In this document: positions 16,974-24,253 of the stretch, piece after piece
Numbering within the stretch: the stretch's first letter is position 1
Layout: each line of letters starts with the position of its first letter
Virus record (IMG/VR): IMGVR_UViG_3300017589_000047
Coordinates: 1 to 64,000 of that record
Direction: 5' to 3' (one strand)
Origin: a virus
DNA: 64,000 bases
Notes under the pieces: model-generated
The model's input: only the letters and a program-made list of their open reading frames with translations
Told to the model about the DNA's origin: nothing
Databases searched by the model: none
Made by a program: the position numbers and the translations under genes

Positions 16974-17204
16974 ATGATTAGTTATAAGCCGTTAAGGGTG
17001 TTGCTAGCTCAAAAAGATATGAAAATGACAGATTTGAATAAAATCCTACCAACGAGCGTTACATCTAAATTTAATAAAGATGCTCCAGTCAATATTACGA
17101 CACTGGATAAAATATGCCAGTATTTGCATTGCAGCATCAGCGATGTTGTTGAGATACTACCAGATGCAATAGCAGTGCCGGAACTGGAAACAGATCTAAA
17201 ATAA
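16974..17204 (+). CDS. Small XRE/Cro-type HTH regulator
   Basis: ATG 16974 follows AGAGGTG. MISYKPLRVLLAQKDMKMTDLNKIL...TLDKICQYLHCSISDVVEI is a YozG/HTH_26-like pattern. It diverges from the operon. Confidence 0.7.
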   Translation: MISYKPLRVLLAQKDMKMTDLNKILPTSVTSKFNKDAPVNITTLDKICQYLHCSISDVVEILPDAIAVPELETDLK

Positions 17205-17415
17205 AAGCAGGGTTTTTATAGCTCCGCTTTTTTCTTTTGCCTGGATCTATTTTCTTTCCTTTTCTTTTGCTGTCTAGCAATGCGTCTTTTCAGCATTGCG
17301 GTTCTTTTAATCTTTTGTTCTTTTGTTCTTTTGTCCTTATTCTTTATCATTTATTCCGGGCCCTGATGTTACTACTATCATATCGGCATATTCTTTATAT
17401 TATTATCACCAAGCC

Positions 17416-17425
17416 ACAAAATGGC
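17416..17425 (+). repeat. Direct repeat copy 3, ACAAAATGGC
   Basis: CCACAAAATGGC here against CTACAAAATGGC at 6851-6862. Confidence 0.45.
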
Positions 17426-17439
17426 CTATAACAAAAGTT

Positions 17440-17760
17440 AATATCAGTTTGATATCATTGTTTGATAGCCGTTGTTATATTGCATCCTATGCATTACTAT
17501 AAGTAATGCGTTATTGTATTATTCTTTCTGTTCGTAATGCATATGTAAAAATACAAGTGATTTGTTAATGATTACTATATGGTACAATTACATTTAGTTA
17601 CCGTATATAACGAATTGATTACGTTTAGTTACTGTTTGATTGTTATTGCATTCAATTAGTAATGAAATTAATAATGATTTATGATTAATAGTTTGTAGTT
17701 GCATCATATTAGATGTATATAGTAACAACTTAATGGTCAATGATTACTATTAGTAATGTA
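17440..17760. repeat. AT-rich field of TAGTAAT/ATTACTA and TTTAGTTAC motifs (iteron- or operator-like)
   Basis: Palindromes GCATTACT-ATA-AGTAATGC (17491-17509) and ATTACTA-T-TAGTAAT (17743-17757). AATGATTACTAT occurs twice (17567, 17739), CAATTAGTAATG at 17654, and (C)RTTTAGTTAC at 17591 and 17622. Confidence 0.6.
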
Positions 17761-18111
17761 TTTTTGTTATATGCGTTCTTTTAGTTAGATTACAGTATGT
17801 AGACCCCATTATAAACCTATATTGTGCAATATTTTGCATGCAATTTCTTGCAAAGCGTGAAATATGTTTCATGGTGAATGCAATGTAATAAATGTTACAT
17901 ACTATCTTTGTGCTTAATCGCGATACCGCATCACTCATGTATATATCGCATGTTTTGTGCATATTTATCATTTATCAGTATTTTAGCTGCCAAAACGTCG
18001 TATATACTACCGTTTCTCTACAGTTTCGGTACTATAGCTATTTGGACATGCTTTATGTTCCTTCCAGCGCTACAACTGCTACCACGCCCGGCTATTTTTA
18101 ATTATTTTTTT

Positions 18112-18160
18112 AAAGGGGGCGGGGGGCTCCTTGCCTGCGGCGCGGAGAGTTACTCCCCTA
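18112..18160. other. Isolated GC-rich island in a 1.3-kb non-coding AT-rich tract
   Basis: AAAGGGGGCGGGGGGCTCCTTGCCTGCGGCGCGGAGAGTTACTCCCC, with possible GGGG/CCCC and CTCC/GGAG pairing. Confidence 0.5.
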
Positions 18161-18520
18161 GAAAATATACCACCCTCACGGGAAAATTATTAATTTCATA
18201 TACAAAATATATATTCCATTTTCGATATAACGTAATTTATTATAATTCATTCCCAGAAGCCATAATTTGCGATATTTTAAACGAAAACATATAAATAATA
18301 CTAATGGTTATTGATATCAAAAATCATCTTTAAATGTAAGATATGCCTTGTAAAGAACCTAAAAATATAAAATATTAATTTTTATATCTGATTAATGAGT
18401 TGAAATCAATATTATAAATTACATGTTTACTACACTAAAACTACATGAAAACCTTCGATAAACCTCTATCCTATGCACTTTACATATCCTAAAATAAGAA
18501 GTATAATTATGATGTCAGAA

Positions 18521-18546
18521 GTGCCTAAGGAATTAGGTGCTTTTTT
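18521..18546 (+). terminator. Intrinsic terminator with no upstream CDS
   Basis: GTGCCTAA-GGAA-TTAGGTGC followed by TTTTTT. Confidence 0.55.
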
Positions 18547-18740
18547 ATATGTCTTTTTTTAAAAGATAAAGTCAAGAAAAATTAGTCATATACATAATAG
18601 TATATTACATTATACGTATCTGACTGACGGTTCTTTGGTAGCCCTTGAAATACTAACATGTATCAAGATTTCAAAGTGACCCAAAAGGGTACAATTAAAA
18701 TTGAGATTGCACCTAAAAAGGTCGCTTGGGAAGTGAGATA

Positions 18741-19274
18741 ATGAAAGAAACATATATCAAGCGTCAAAGCATTACACAAAACGGTGAAGTAGTTAAGCAA
18801 AACGTAGCCGAGTTTTATAGTCCGTTTAAAGATGGCAAGGGATATAATTTAAAATATAAATCTACTCATACGAGAAGTTATCTTGAAATATCTCTACCAG
18901 AAGACTTTACAGATACTGAAATAGGTAAAATATATAGATTAAGTAAAAAAATATATTCAGACAGTAATCTTTTAGCAAAAAGGAGTAATGACGAAATTGT
19001 TCCACTGTCAAAAAAGGATATACAGGACTTGGTTAATCTCCATAGAACAAAATTCAATCCATTTTGGAGTAAAATATTAGAACAAAGCGTTATAAAAGAA
19101 ACTAAATTAGGAGATTGTAAATATTTCTGCTTTAATCCTTTATATTTCAATTCCACAACATACATTCCCCTATATTTATATATCGCATTTCAAAAAGAAT
19201 TAAATGAGCATTTACCAAAATGGGTTATACAAAGATATTTAGAAATGCATGAAGAACAAAATAAAAAACAATAG
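18741..19274 (+). CDS. Hypothetical wHTH-like protein (possible initiator/regulator acting on the upstream repeat field)
   Basis: ATG 18741. The segment PLSKKDIQDLVNLHRTKFNPFWSKILEQSVIKE looks like a winged helix. First rightward gene. Confidence 0.45.
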   Translation: MKETYIKRQSITQNGEVVKQNVAEFYSPFKDGKGYNLKYKSTHTRSYLEISLPEDFTDTEIGKIYRLSKKIYSDSNLLAKRSNDEIVPLSKKDIQDLVNLHRTKFNPFWSKILEQSVIKETKLGDCKYFCFNPLYFNSTTYIPLYLYIAFQKELNEHLPKWVIQRYLEMHEEQNKKQ

Positions 19275-19333
19275 ATAGCAGCTAGCACTTTCTAAGTGTT
19301 TTTTTATTACTCAAAATTGAGGTGATTATTAAA

Positions 19334-19492
19334 ATGAAATATGAAATAAAAGCAGAAATTGAACTTGATGATGACTTTGGTGATAGTTCAGAACAAATTG
19401 AAGAAGTAAGAAAAGATATACAGGATATAATTGGTTGTTATGACATTAAATTTCCATCGGTTGAAGTTAAAATATTTGAATTAAAAAAGTGA
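19334..19492 (+). CDS. 52-aa acidic hypothetical protein (not in ORF track)
   Basis: GAGGTGATTATTAAA-ATG reads MKYEIKAEIELDDDFGDSSEQIEEVRKDIQDIIGCYDIKFPSVEVKIFELKK. Confidence 0.45.
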   Translation: MKYEIKAEIELDDDFGDSSEQIEEVRKDIQDIIGCYDIKFPSVEVKIFELKK

Positions 19493-19605
19493 TGTGATTG
19501 ATATGAAAATATATAGTGATAAATGCAAATCCTGTCCTTGGAAAAAGGATGCTGGAAATAAAATATTTTGTCCATTTTCTAGATGTATAAAGGGGGTGTT
19601 CGGTA

Positions 19606-20082
19606 ATGGCATCCAAAAGAAAAATACACAAATCAAAGATTGACGGTAGATATTACAATTACTTTGATATCTGTAAAATGGAAGGAATTGAAACCAATAG
19701 ATGTAAAAATGCTGTCAGCAAATTAGGCATTGAAGGTATTAAGAATCTTAAAGAATTAGAACCTATTGAACATTTATTTGAGCAGTTTGAAAAACCTGTT
19801 TTAAATGGCATGGTTAAATCTTATGGAATACTTCGAAGATACTATGACGATTGGAAACAAACCGGTGAAGTTCCTAAGTTCAGCACAGGCAGACCAATAA
19901 AAGAAGGTTATGTATGGCTTAAAGCTTCTATTCCAGAAAATTTAAAGGAAGAGTTTCAAGCAGTAGTTGACAAAGCAAATTCAATGTCCGTTGTTCATGT
20001 TACTTATTCAGACATGGTTGCGGTGGCGATAAAAGATTGGATATTGAGACATCCAGAGTTTAAAGATTTAGATGAAGATTAA
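19606..20082 (+). CDS. Hypothetical protein with a ribbon-helix-helix-like C-terminus
   Basis: VWLKASIPENLKEEFQAVVDKAN...YSDMVAVAIKDWILRH has a strand-helix-helix pattern. A role as small terminase or packaging specificity factor is possible only by position. Confidence 0.45.
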   Translation: MASKRKIHKSKIDGRYYNYFDICKMEGIETNRCKNAVSKLGIEGIKNLKELEPIEHLFEQFEKPVLNGMVKSYGILRRYYDDWKQTGEVPKFSTGRPIKEGYVWLKASIPENLKEEFQAVVDKANSMSVVHVTYSDMVAVAIKDWILRHPEFKDLDED

Positions 20083-20266
20083 TAATATGCAGTGCCGGAA
20101 TAGGTAGACGGTGTATAAAGGGACGCTTATCGGACTAAACGTGCAACCATCTATTAGTTGAGTGCGTAATCACTAATAGACCGATAGCCAAATCGTTGCT
20201 GAACTATGCAAGGTGCAAATCCTTACCTGTATAATGACCTATTGAAATAAATAGGATATCGGTTTT

Positions 20267-20302
20267 ACTCATTGAGCCACGTTGAGAAATCAATGAGTTT
20301 TT
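20267..20302 (+). terminator. Intrinsic terminator directly abutting the tRNA 5' end
   Basis: ACTCATTGA-(14 nt)-TCAATGAGT followed by TTTTT. Confidence 0.6.
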
Positions 20303-20304
20303 AT

Positions 20305-20379
20305 ATGGGAATAGTACAAAGGTTAGTGCAAGGGTCTTATAAGCCTCAAATATAGGTTCAATTCCTATTTCCCATACCA
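20305..20379 (+). tRNA. tRNA with anticodon UAU (Ile, AUA decoder), CCA encoded
   Basis: Folded by hand. Acceptor ATGGGAA/TTCCCAT has 7 WC pairs. U8 is present. D arm GTAC-AAAGGTTA-GTGC. Anticodon arm AGGGT-CTTATAA-GCCTC is weak (1 mismatch, 2 G.U). Variable loop AAAT. T arm ATAGG-TTCAATT-CCTAT. Discriminator A, then CCA. Confidence 0.7.
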
Positions 20380-20397
20380 AACAAAGGAAGTGAAATC

Positions 20398-20913
20398 ATG
20401 GCAGTAAAGAAAACTACAATAAAAAAAGATAAAGAAAAAGCTATTGACTTAAAGCCTGTTGAAAATCAATTGTTGCCAGAAAATCCACTTATGCAAAGTA
20501 TGGCAATTACACCATCTGATGAATTAGATGAAAAAGTTGAAATGATAAATGAAATTGAATCCTTGACACAACTTGCAAAGCAAGAATTATCAGTAAAAAG
20601 GCAAAAAATCGAATTAGAAGTTGATAATAAAAAACTTGATACTGCTTTAAGAACTATATCAACTATTGATAAAATAATTGAATCTGTGGCTAATGAAGAT
20701 GTTTTAGCGAGAGTTGCTAAAAATATTAATACACCCCAAGATATGAAATATATGGCCGAAGCTGCTGAAAAATTAACCGGAACTCTTAAAAATCTTATGA
20801 ATCCAAATGTTATGGACGAGTTCGGCAATAAGAAACATAAGAAAATTAATTTTATGTTCAAGAGTTCAGGACCTATTCAAGCTGCAATACAGGTTGATAC
20901 ATCAGACGATTAG
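20398..20913 (+). CDS. Hypothetical protein (helical; small-terminase candidate by position only)
   Basis: 171-aa ORF with AAAGGAAGTG RBS. No motif recognised. Confidence 0.5.
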   Translation: MAVKKTTIKKDKEKAIDLKPVENQLLPENPLMQSMAITPSDELDEKVEMINEIESLTQLAKQELSVKRQKIELEVDNKKLDTALRTISTIDKIIESVANEDVLARVAKNINTPQDMKYMAEAAEKLTGTLKNLMNPNVMDEFGNKKHKKINFMFKSSGPIQAAIQVDTSDD

Positions 20914-20924
20914 GAAGTGTTTTT

Positions 20925-21461
20925 ATGATAGAGAATTATAGGTACACAGAAAAAGAGATAAAAGAATTGTTAAAATCAATGAAAATTATTATAGATAGCA
21001 ATGAACAAGTTTTCGACCATATTTCAACTTGGTTTGATAAAAAGAAAATTCCTTATGTTATTGAGAATTTGAACTTTTGTGATTATAGCTTTTATCTACC
21101 AGCTAATTCTGAACTTGGGATAGAACGAAATATGTATTTTGATAAAAAGATTTCAATTGAAAGAAAACGAGATTTGAATGAAATTTCAACTAACTTCGGT
21201 GACGGACGTACAAAATTTGAGAATGAATTCATTAGAGCAACTGGCAAAATTCATTTATTAATTGAAAATTCATCCTATGAGGATATTATAAATCAAAATT
21301 ACAAAACAAAATATTCACCGCAAGCATTTATTGCAAGTTTACATAGTTTTGCTGATAGATATAATTTTTCAATAAATTTTATGAAGGACAATAAATATTC
21401 AGCACAGTTTGTTTATTATACTTTTTACTATTATCTTAGAAATTATTTAATGAATAAATGA
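20925..21461 (+). CDS. ERCC4/Mus81-like nuclease-domain protein (tentative)
   Basis: IIIDSNEQ ... CDYSF ... SIERKRDLNEIS resembles the D..E / GDY / ERK..D arrangement, but the spacing is non-canonical. Confidence 0.45.
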   Translation: MIENYRYTEKEIKELLKSMKIIIDSNEQVFDHISTWFDKKKIPYVIENLNFCDYSFYLPANSELGIERNMYFDKKISIERKRDLNEISTNFGDGRTKFENEFIRATGKIHLLIENSSYEDIINQNYKTKYSPQAFIASLHSFADRYNFSINFMKDNKYSAQFVYYTFYYYLRNYLMNK

Positions 21462-21485
21462 ATAAAATTAAATGGAGGAAATTAA

Positions 21486-21977
21486 ATGAAAGAGGTTTAC
21501 AAAGATTTATACGTTGGAAATCAACAAGATTATGAAAACAAGTGTTTTGATGATAGTTTCTCATTCTTGTTAGCCGCTAAAGAGCCATTTCACAGGCAAG
21601 CACTTAATTATAGTGGAAGAGCGTGTCCAAAAGATAATCCAGAGTATTTATGGGCTTACAGAGACAGAGGTAGTAAATTAATCCTTAATATAGTTGATGC
21701 AAGTTCTTCTTTATTCTTCAACAAAGACATGATTGATGAAGCACTTGATTTTATTGAAGAAGAGTTATTCAAGGGTAAAAATGTGGGAATTTTTTGCAAC
21801 AAAGGCGAAAGCCGTTCAGCTTCCTTAGCACTTCTTTATTTGATTAAACATGGAATTATAAAAGGTGAAACTTTAGAAGATTGTGAAGTTGAATTTTTAA
21901 GAGTTTATCCCGAATACAATCCAGGTAGCGGAATAAGGGAATTTGTTAAGGAACATTTTAAGGAGTATAAAAAATAA
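21486..21977 (+). CDS. Dual-specificity / Cys-based protein phosphatase-like protein
   Basis: The CX5R(S/T) P-loop is readable as IFCNKGESRSAS. 163 aa, the size of a minimal DSP fold. Confidence 0.6.
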   Translation: MKEVYKDLYVGNQQDYENKCFDDSFSFLLAAKEPFHRQALNYSGRACPKDNPEYLWAYRDRGSKLILNIVDASSSLFFNKDMIDEALDFIEEELFKGKNVGIFCNKGESRSASLALLYLIKHGIIKGETLEDCEVEFLRVYPEYNPGSGIREFVKEHFKEYKK

Positions 21978-21991
21978 ATATTATACATATC

Positions 21992-22168
21992 AGAATCATA
22001 GGTTTAGGTCGTTGCCTATCCGTGCCCGTGTGTTAGATAGGTCTAGGTCAACTTTTACAACTCGACTGATGAGGCTGAACGTAGCCGAAAAACAAATTGT
22101 TTATCGAGAATTCTCCACGTTGACTACGATGAGAATCCAGACGGGCAACTACCTAAGCTTATGATTTT
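21992..22168 (+). ncRNA. Helix-closed structured RNA domain containing a hammerhead ribozyme
   Basis: 21992-22016 pairs with 22144-22168: 25 positions, 1 mismatch, 3 G.U. An internal hairpin TATC/GATA lies at 22017-22039, and the hammerhead arm spans 22041-22130. Confidence 0.7.
22041..22130 (+). ncRNA. Hammerhead self-cleaving ribozyme, stem-I-open (type I) topology
   Basis: CTCGA | CTGATGA | GGCT-GAACGT-AGCC | GAAA | (A)AACA-AAT-TGTTT | A(H17, 22103) | TCGAG. Distal stem I is GGTCAAC/GTTGACT. All invariant core positions are present. Confidence 0.8.
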
Positions 22169-22175
22169 ATAATTT

Positions 22176-22199
22176 AAGCACTCCTAGAAGTGCTTTTTT
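22176..22199 (+). terminator. Intrinsic terminator after the ribozyme domain
   Basis: AAGCACT-CCTAGA-AGTGCTT followed by TTTT. Confidence 0.7.
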
Positions 22200-22289
22200 A
22201 ATGCAAATATTAGGTTGATGTCTTATGACATAGGGGTATAACACTATATTTTGGGGTGGGCGGTGTGTTATTAAAAGTAGGTGGTAATT

Positions 22290-23864
22290 ATGCCTCGCAA
22301 GGGCGGTTCTATAAGCATTATACAACAAAAGAATGAAAAGTTAATACAACATTCAACTAGCGACAAGATGGCTATTTGTGGTGAATGCGGAAAGCCATTT
22401 GCTCAAATATGGAGGCCTGAGTACGAAGCATATACATCATTTCGAACTTGCGGTATTTGCAGAATGAACAATGCAAGAGGCGGCATAAATGTTGCTGCTG
22501 AATATAGTCCTCATTGGGGACAGCAATTAGTACATGATAGCGAAGCAAGATTTAAAATAATAGATGCAGGCATTCGTTGGGGAAAAGACCGTTGCTCAAT
22601 TATGGAAGGTATAAAATACTTCATAGATTGTTTAAATGAGGAACGTGGCCCCGATATGGTTCCGCATGCGTTATGGTGGATAATCGCACCATTAGATAAA
22701 ATTGCAAATCAGAACTGGCGTGAATTACAAGCTAATCTACCAAGCGAATTAGTCGTAGACGTATCTAAAACCACAAAGACAGTACAAACAATAAATGGTG
22801 GAATTATAGAAGTCCATTCAGCCTATGACCCAGAAAGCTTAGTTGCAGTTGGGCTTGATTTAGTTACTATAACAGAGGCAGCAAGAATAGCTGACATGGA
22901 AGAAGTATGGGCTAATATAGAGGGTCGTTTAAATTCTCCTGGTCGTGGATTAGGTGGTAAGGGCGGTATGGCGATTGTCAATTCTTCCCCATTTGGTACG
23001 AATTACTTTTATAAAATGTGGAAATGGGGACAAAAAGATACTAATGATTCTGACCCCGACTTTGAAAGTTGGAAATTTGCTACTTGGGACAATCCTTATA
23101 TGGCTGTCAGAGGTAATCAAATAACTAAAAACGGTCGTACGTACAAAGAAAATCTTGAAAAAAGAATGTCAAGAAACAGGTATAAACAAGACTATTTAGC
23201 TGAATTTCTATCTACAGTCAATCAAGTATTTCCCAATTATGAAAAAGTAATAAAGAAAACACCATCTGAATTAAAAACAGAAGAAGAAATAAATGAGTTT
23301 TGGAAAAAATGGGAAGAACCAGAACCTTTTGAAACTTACACTATAGGTTATGACCCTGCATCTAAAGGCGATGGTAAACCTTGCGTTATACGTAACAGTA
23401 ACGGTAAAGTTGTAAAAATTGATACTATGAATTCTTTAGGATGGGATGCTCAATGGGATAGGGTAGCATCTTACTCAAGGATATATAATGGCGCTCATTG
23501 CAATTTTGGACAAACAGGTGTTGGAGAAACGATCGAATCGCAACTTACTAAAAGAGGTGTTTCAAATACACCAATACCAGAGCAAGGCAGAAACAAAGAA
23601 ATACTTGTAGAAGATTTTTCCTTAGTAGTTGAGCAACAATGGTGTCAAATACCTTGGTCTCAAGAGGTAGAAAATCAATTAAAGGATTATACAATGATAA
23701 TGAGGTCGGGGCAATCTACACAATACAAAAACGGAACAAGTGATGAATATGATGATATTGTCAGTGCGTTGTACTTTTGTTTTTCAGACTTTCAATCCCC
23801 CGCCTTGATGGTGCCGTATGTTGGTTATTTTGGCGGAGTTAAAAATAAAACTTCTGTAAGATAG
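22290..23864 (+). CDS. terL: Terminase large subunit with an N-terminal zinc ribbon
   Basis: ATG 22290 follows AGGTGG. CGECGKPF...CGICRMN, then an ATPase-like KIIDAGIRWGKDRCS and a nuclease-half acidic motif. Size and position (before the portal) fit. Confidence 0.75.
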   Translation: MPRKGGSISIIQQKNEKLIQHSTSDKMAICGECGKPFAQIWRPEYEAYTSFRTCGICRMNNARGGINVAAEYSPHWGQQLVHDSEARFKIIDAGIRWGKDRCSIMEGIKYFIDCLNEERGPDMVPHALWWIIAPLDKIANQNWRELQANLPSELVVDVSKTTKTVQTINGGIIEVHSAYDPESLVAVGLDLVTITEAARIADMEEVWANIEGRLNSPGRGLGGKGGMAIVNSSPFGTNYFYKMWKWGQKDTNDSDPDFESWKFATWDNPYMAVRGNQITKNGRTYKENLEKRMSRNRYKQDYLAEFLSTVNQVFPNYEKVIKKTPSELKTEEEINEFWKKWEEPEPFETYTIGYDPASKGDGKPCVIRNSNGKVVKIDTMNSLGWDAQWDRVASYSRIYNGAHCNFGQTGVGETIESQLTKRGVSNTPIPEQGRNKEILVEDFSLVVEQQWCQIPWSQEVENQLKDYTMIMRSGQSTQYKNGTSDEYDDIVSALYFCFSDFQSPALMVPYVGYFGGVKNKTSVR

Positions 23865-24090
23865 TTAATGTTGTAAATAACGGGAGCGAAGAAAAAGGAC
23901 ACGGGATACCTCCTTCCCACCCTCTCCCCCAGTGCAACACCTCCTAAAATAAAAATAATTAAATCATGGTGGTTTATATGAGGAATTTTAAACTTTATAT
24001 AAAGGTATTAAAACAACTTGCGATAGTTTGTTACAGGGCTATTGATTATTCGATAGCTTGTTTAATAGTAAGAATTAAAGGAGGAATATT

Positions 24091-24246
24091 ATGAATTTAA
24101 TACAAATTTATGAAAAACAAATAAAAATGCTTGAAAAAGCACAGGAAGAAGCCTTGAAAAACGGAGATATGAAAAAGGTTGAAGAATTAGCAATAAGCAT
24201 TATTAGTATCTCAAATACGATTAATAGCCTAAAACAAGGGAGGTAA
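24091..24246 (+). CDS. 51-aa coiled-coil hypothetical protein (not in ORF track)
   Basis: AAAGGAGGAATATT-ATG reads MNLIQIYEKQIKMLEKAQEEALKNGDMKKVEELAISIISISNTINSLKQGR. Confidence 0.5.
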   Translation: MNLIQIYEKQIKMLEKAQEEALKNGDMKKVEELAISIISISNTINSLKQGR

Positions 24247-24253
24247 TAAATCA

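Larger units (their letters stand above)
7055..17425. mobile_element. FtsK/SpoIIIE + Replic_Relax integrative (mobilisable?) element
   Basis: A single leftward operon plus a divergent XRE gene, flanked by the ACAAAATGGC repeats. No T4SS genes and no full-length integrase inside. Confidence 0.5.

Noticed and set aside
17318-17345. Short tandem TTTTGTTC x3 microsatellite and CT-rich tract after the XRE gene
   Set aside because: Only three 8-bp units in a T-rich terminator region. No evidence of function.
17750-18294. ORFs 17750..17971 (-), 17878..18294 (+) and 17892..18101 (+)
   Set aside because: They overlap one another in an AT-rich repeat field, have no SD sequences, encode Cys/Phe/Ile-rich low-complexity products, and one runs through the GC island. 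They are treated as non-coding.
20092-20245. A second (type II or intron-containing) tRNA, suggested by GGAATAGGTAGAC (D-loop-like) and AAGG-TGCAAAT-CCTT (T-arm-like)
   Set aside because: No 7-bp acceptor pairing can be formed. The putative anticodon arm has an 8-nt loop without U33, and the T loop has G at position 55.
21943-22164. 73-aa ORF from the ORF track overlapping the ribozyme region
   Set aside because: No RBS, and it starts inside the phosphatase gene in another frame. Its sequence is fully accounted for by the hammerhead and the closing helix, including G.U pairs.
23880-23950. C-rich tract GATACCTCCTTCCCACCCTCTCCCCC after terL, resembling the 16S rRNA 3' anti-SD end; possible SD-sequestering RNA
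   Set aside because: Only a 7-nt CCTCCTT match to the AAGGAGG of the ORF 170 nt downstream. No supporting helix or conservation evidence is available. It could simply be a terminator-less 3' UTR.
24022-24062. Direct repeat CGATAG(T/C)TTGTT (24022 and 24051) as a regulatory site
   Set aside because: Only two 12-nt copies with one mismatch in AT-rich DNA, which is insufficient evidence on its own.
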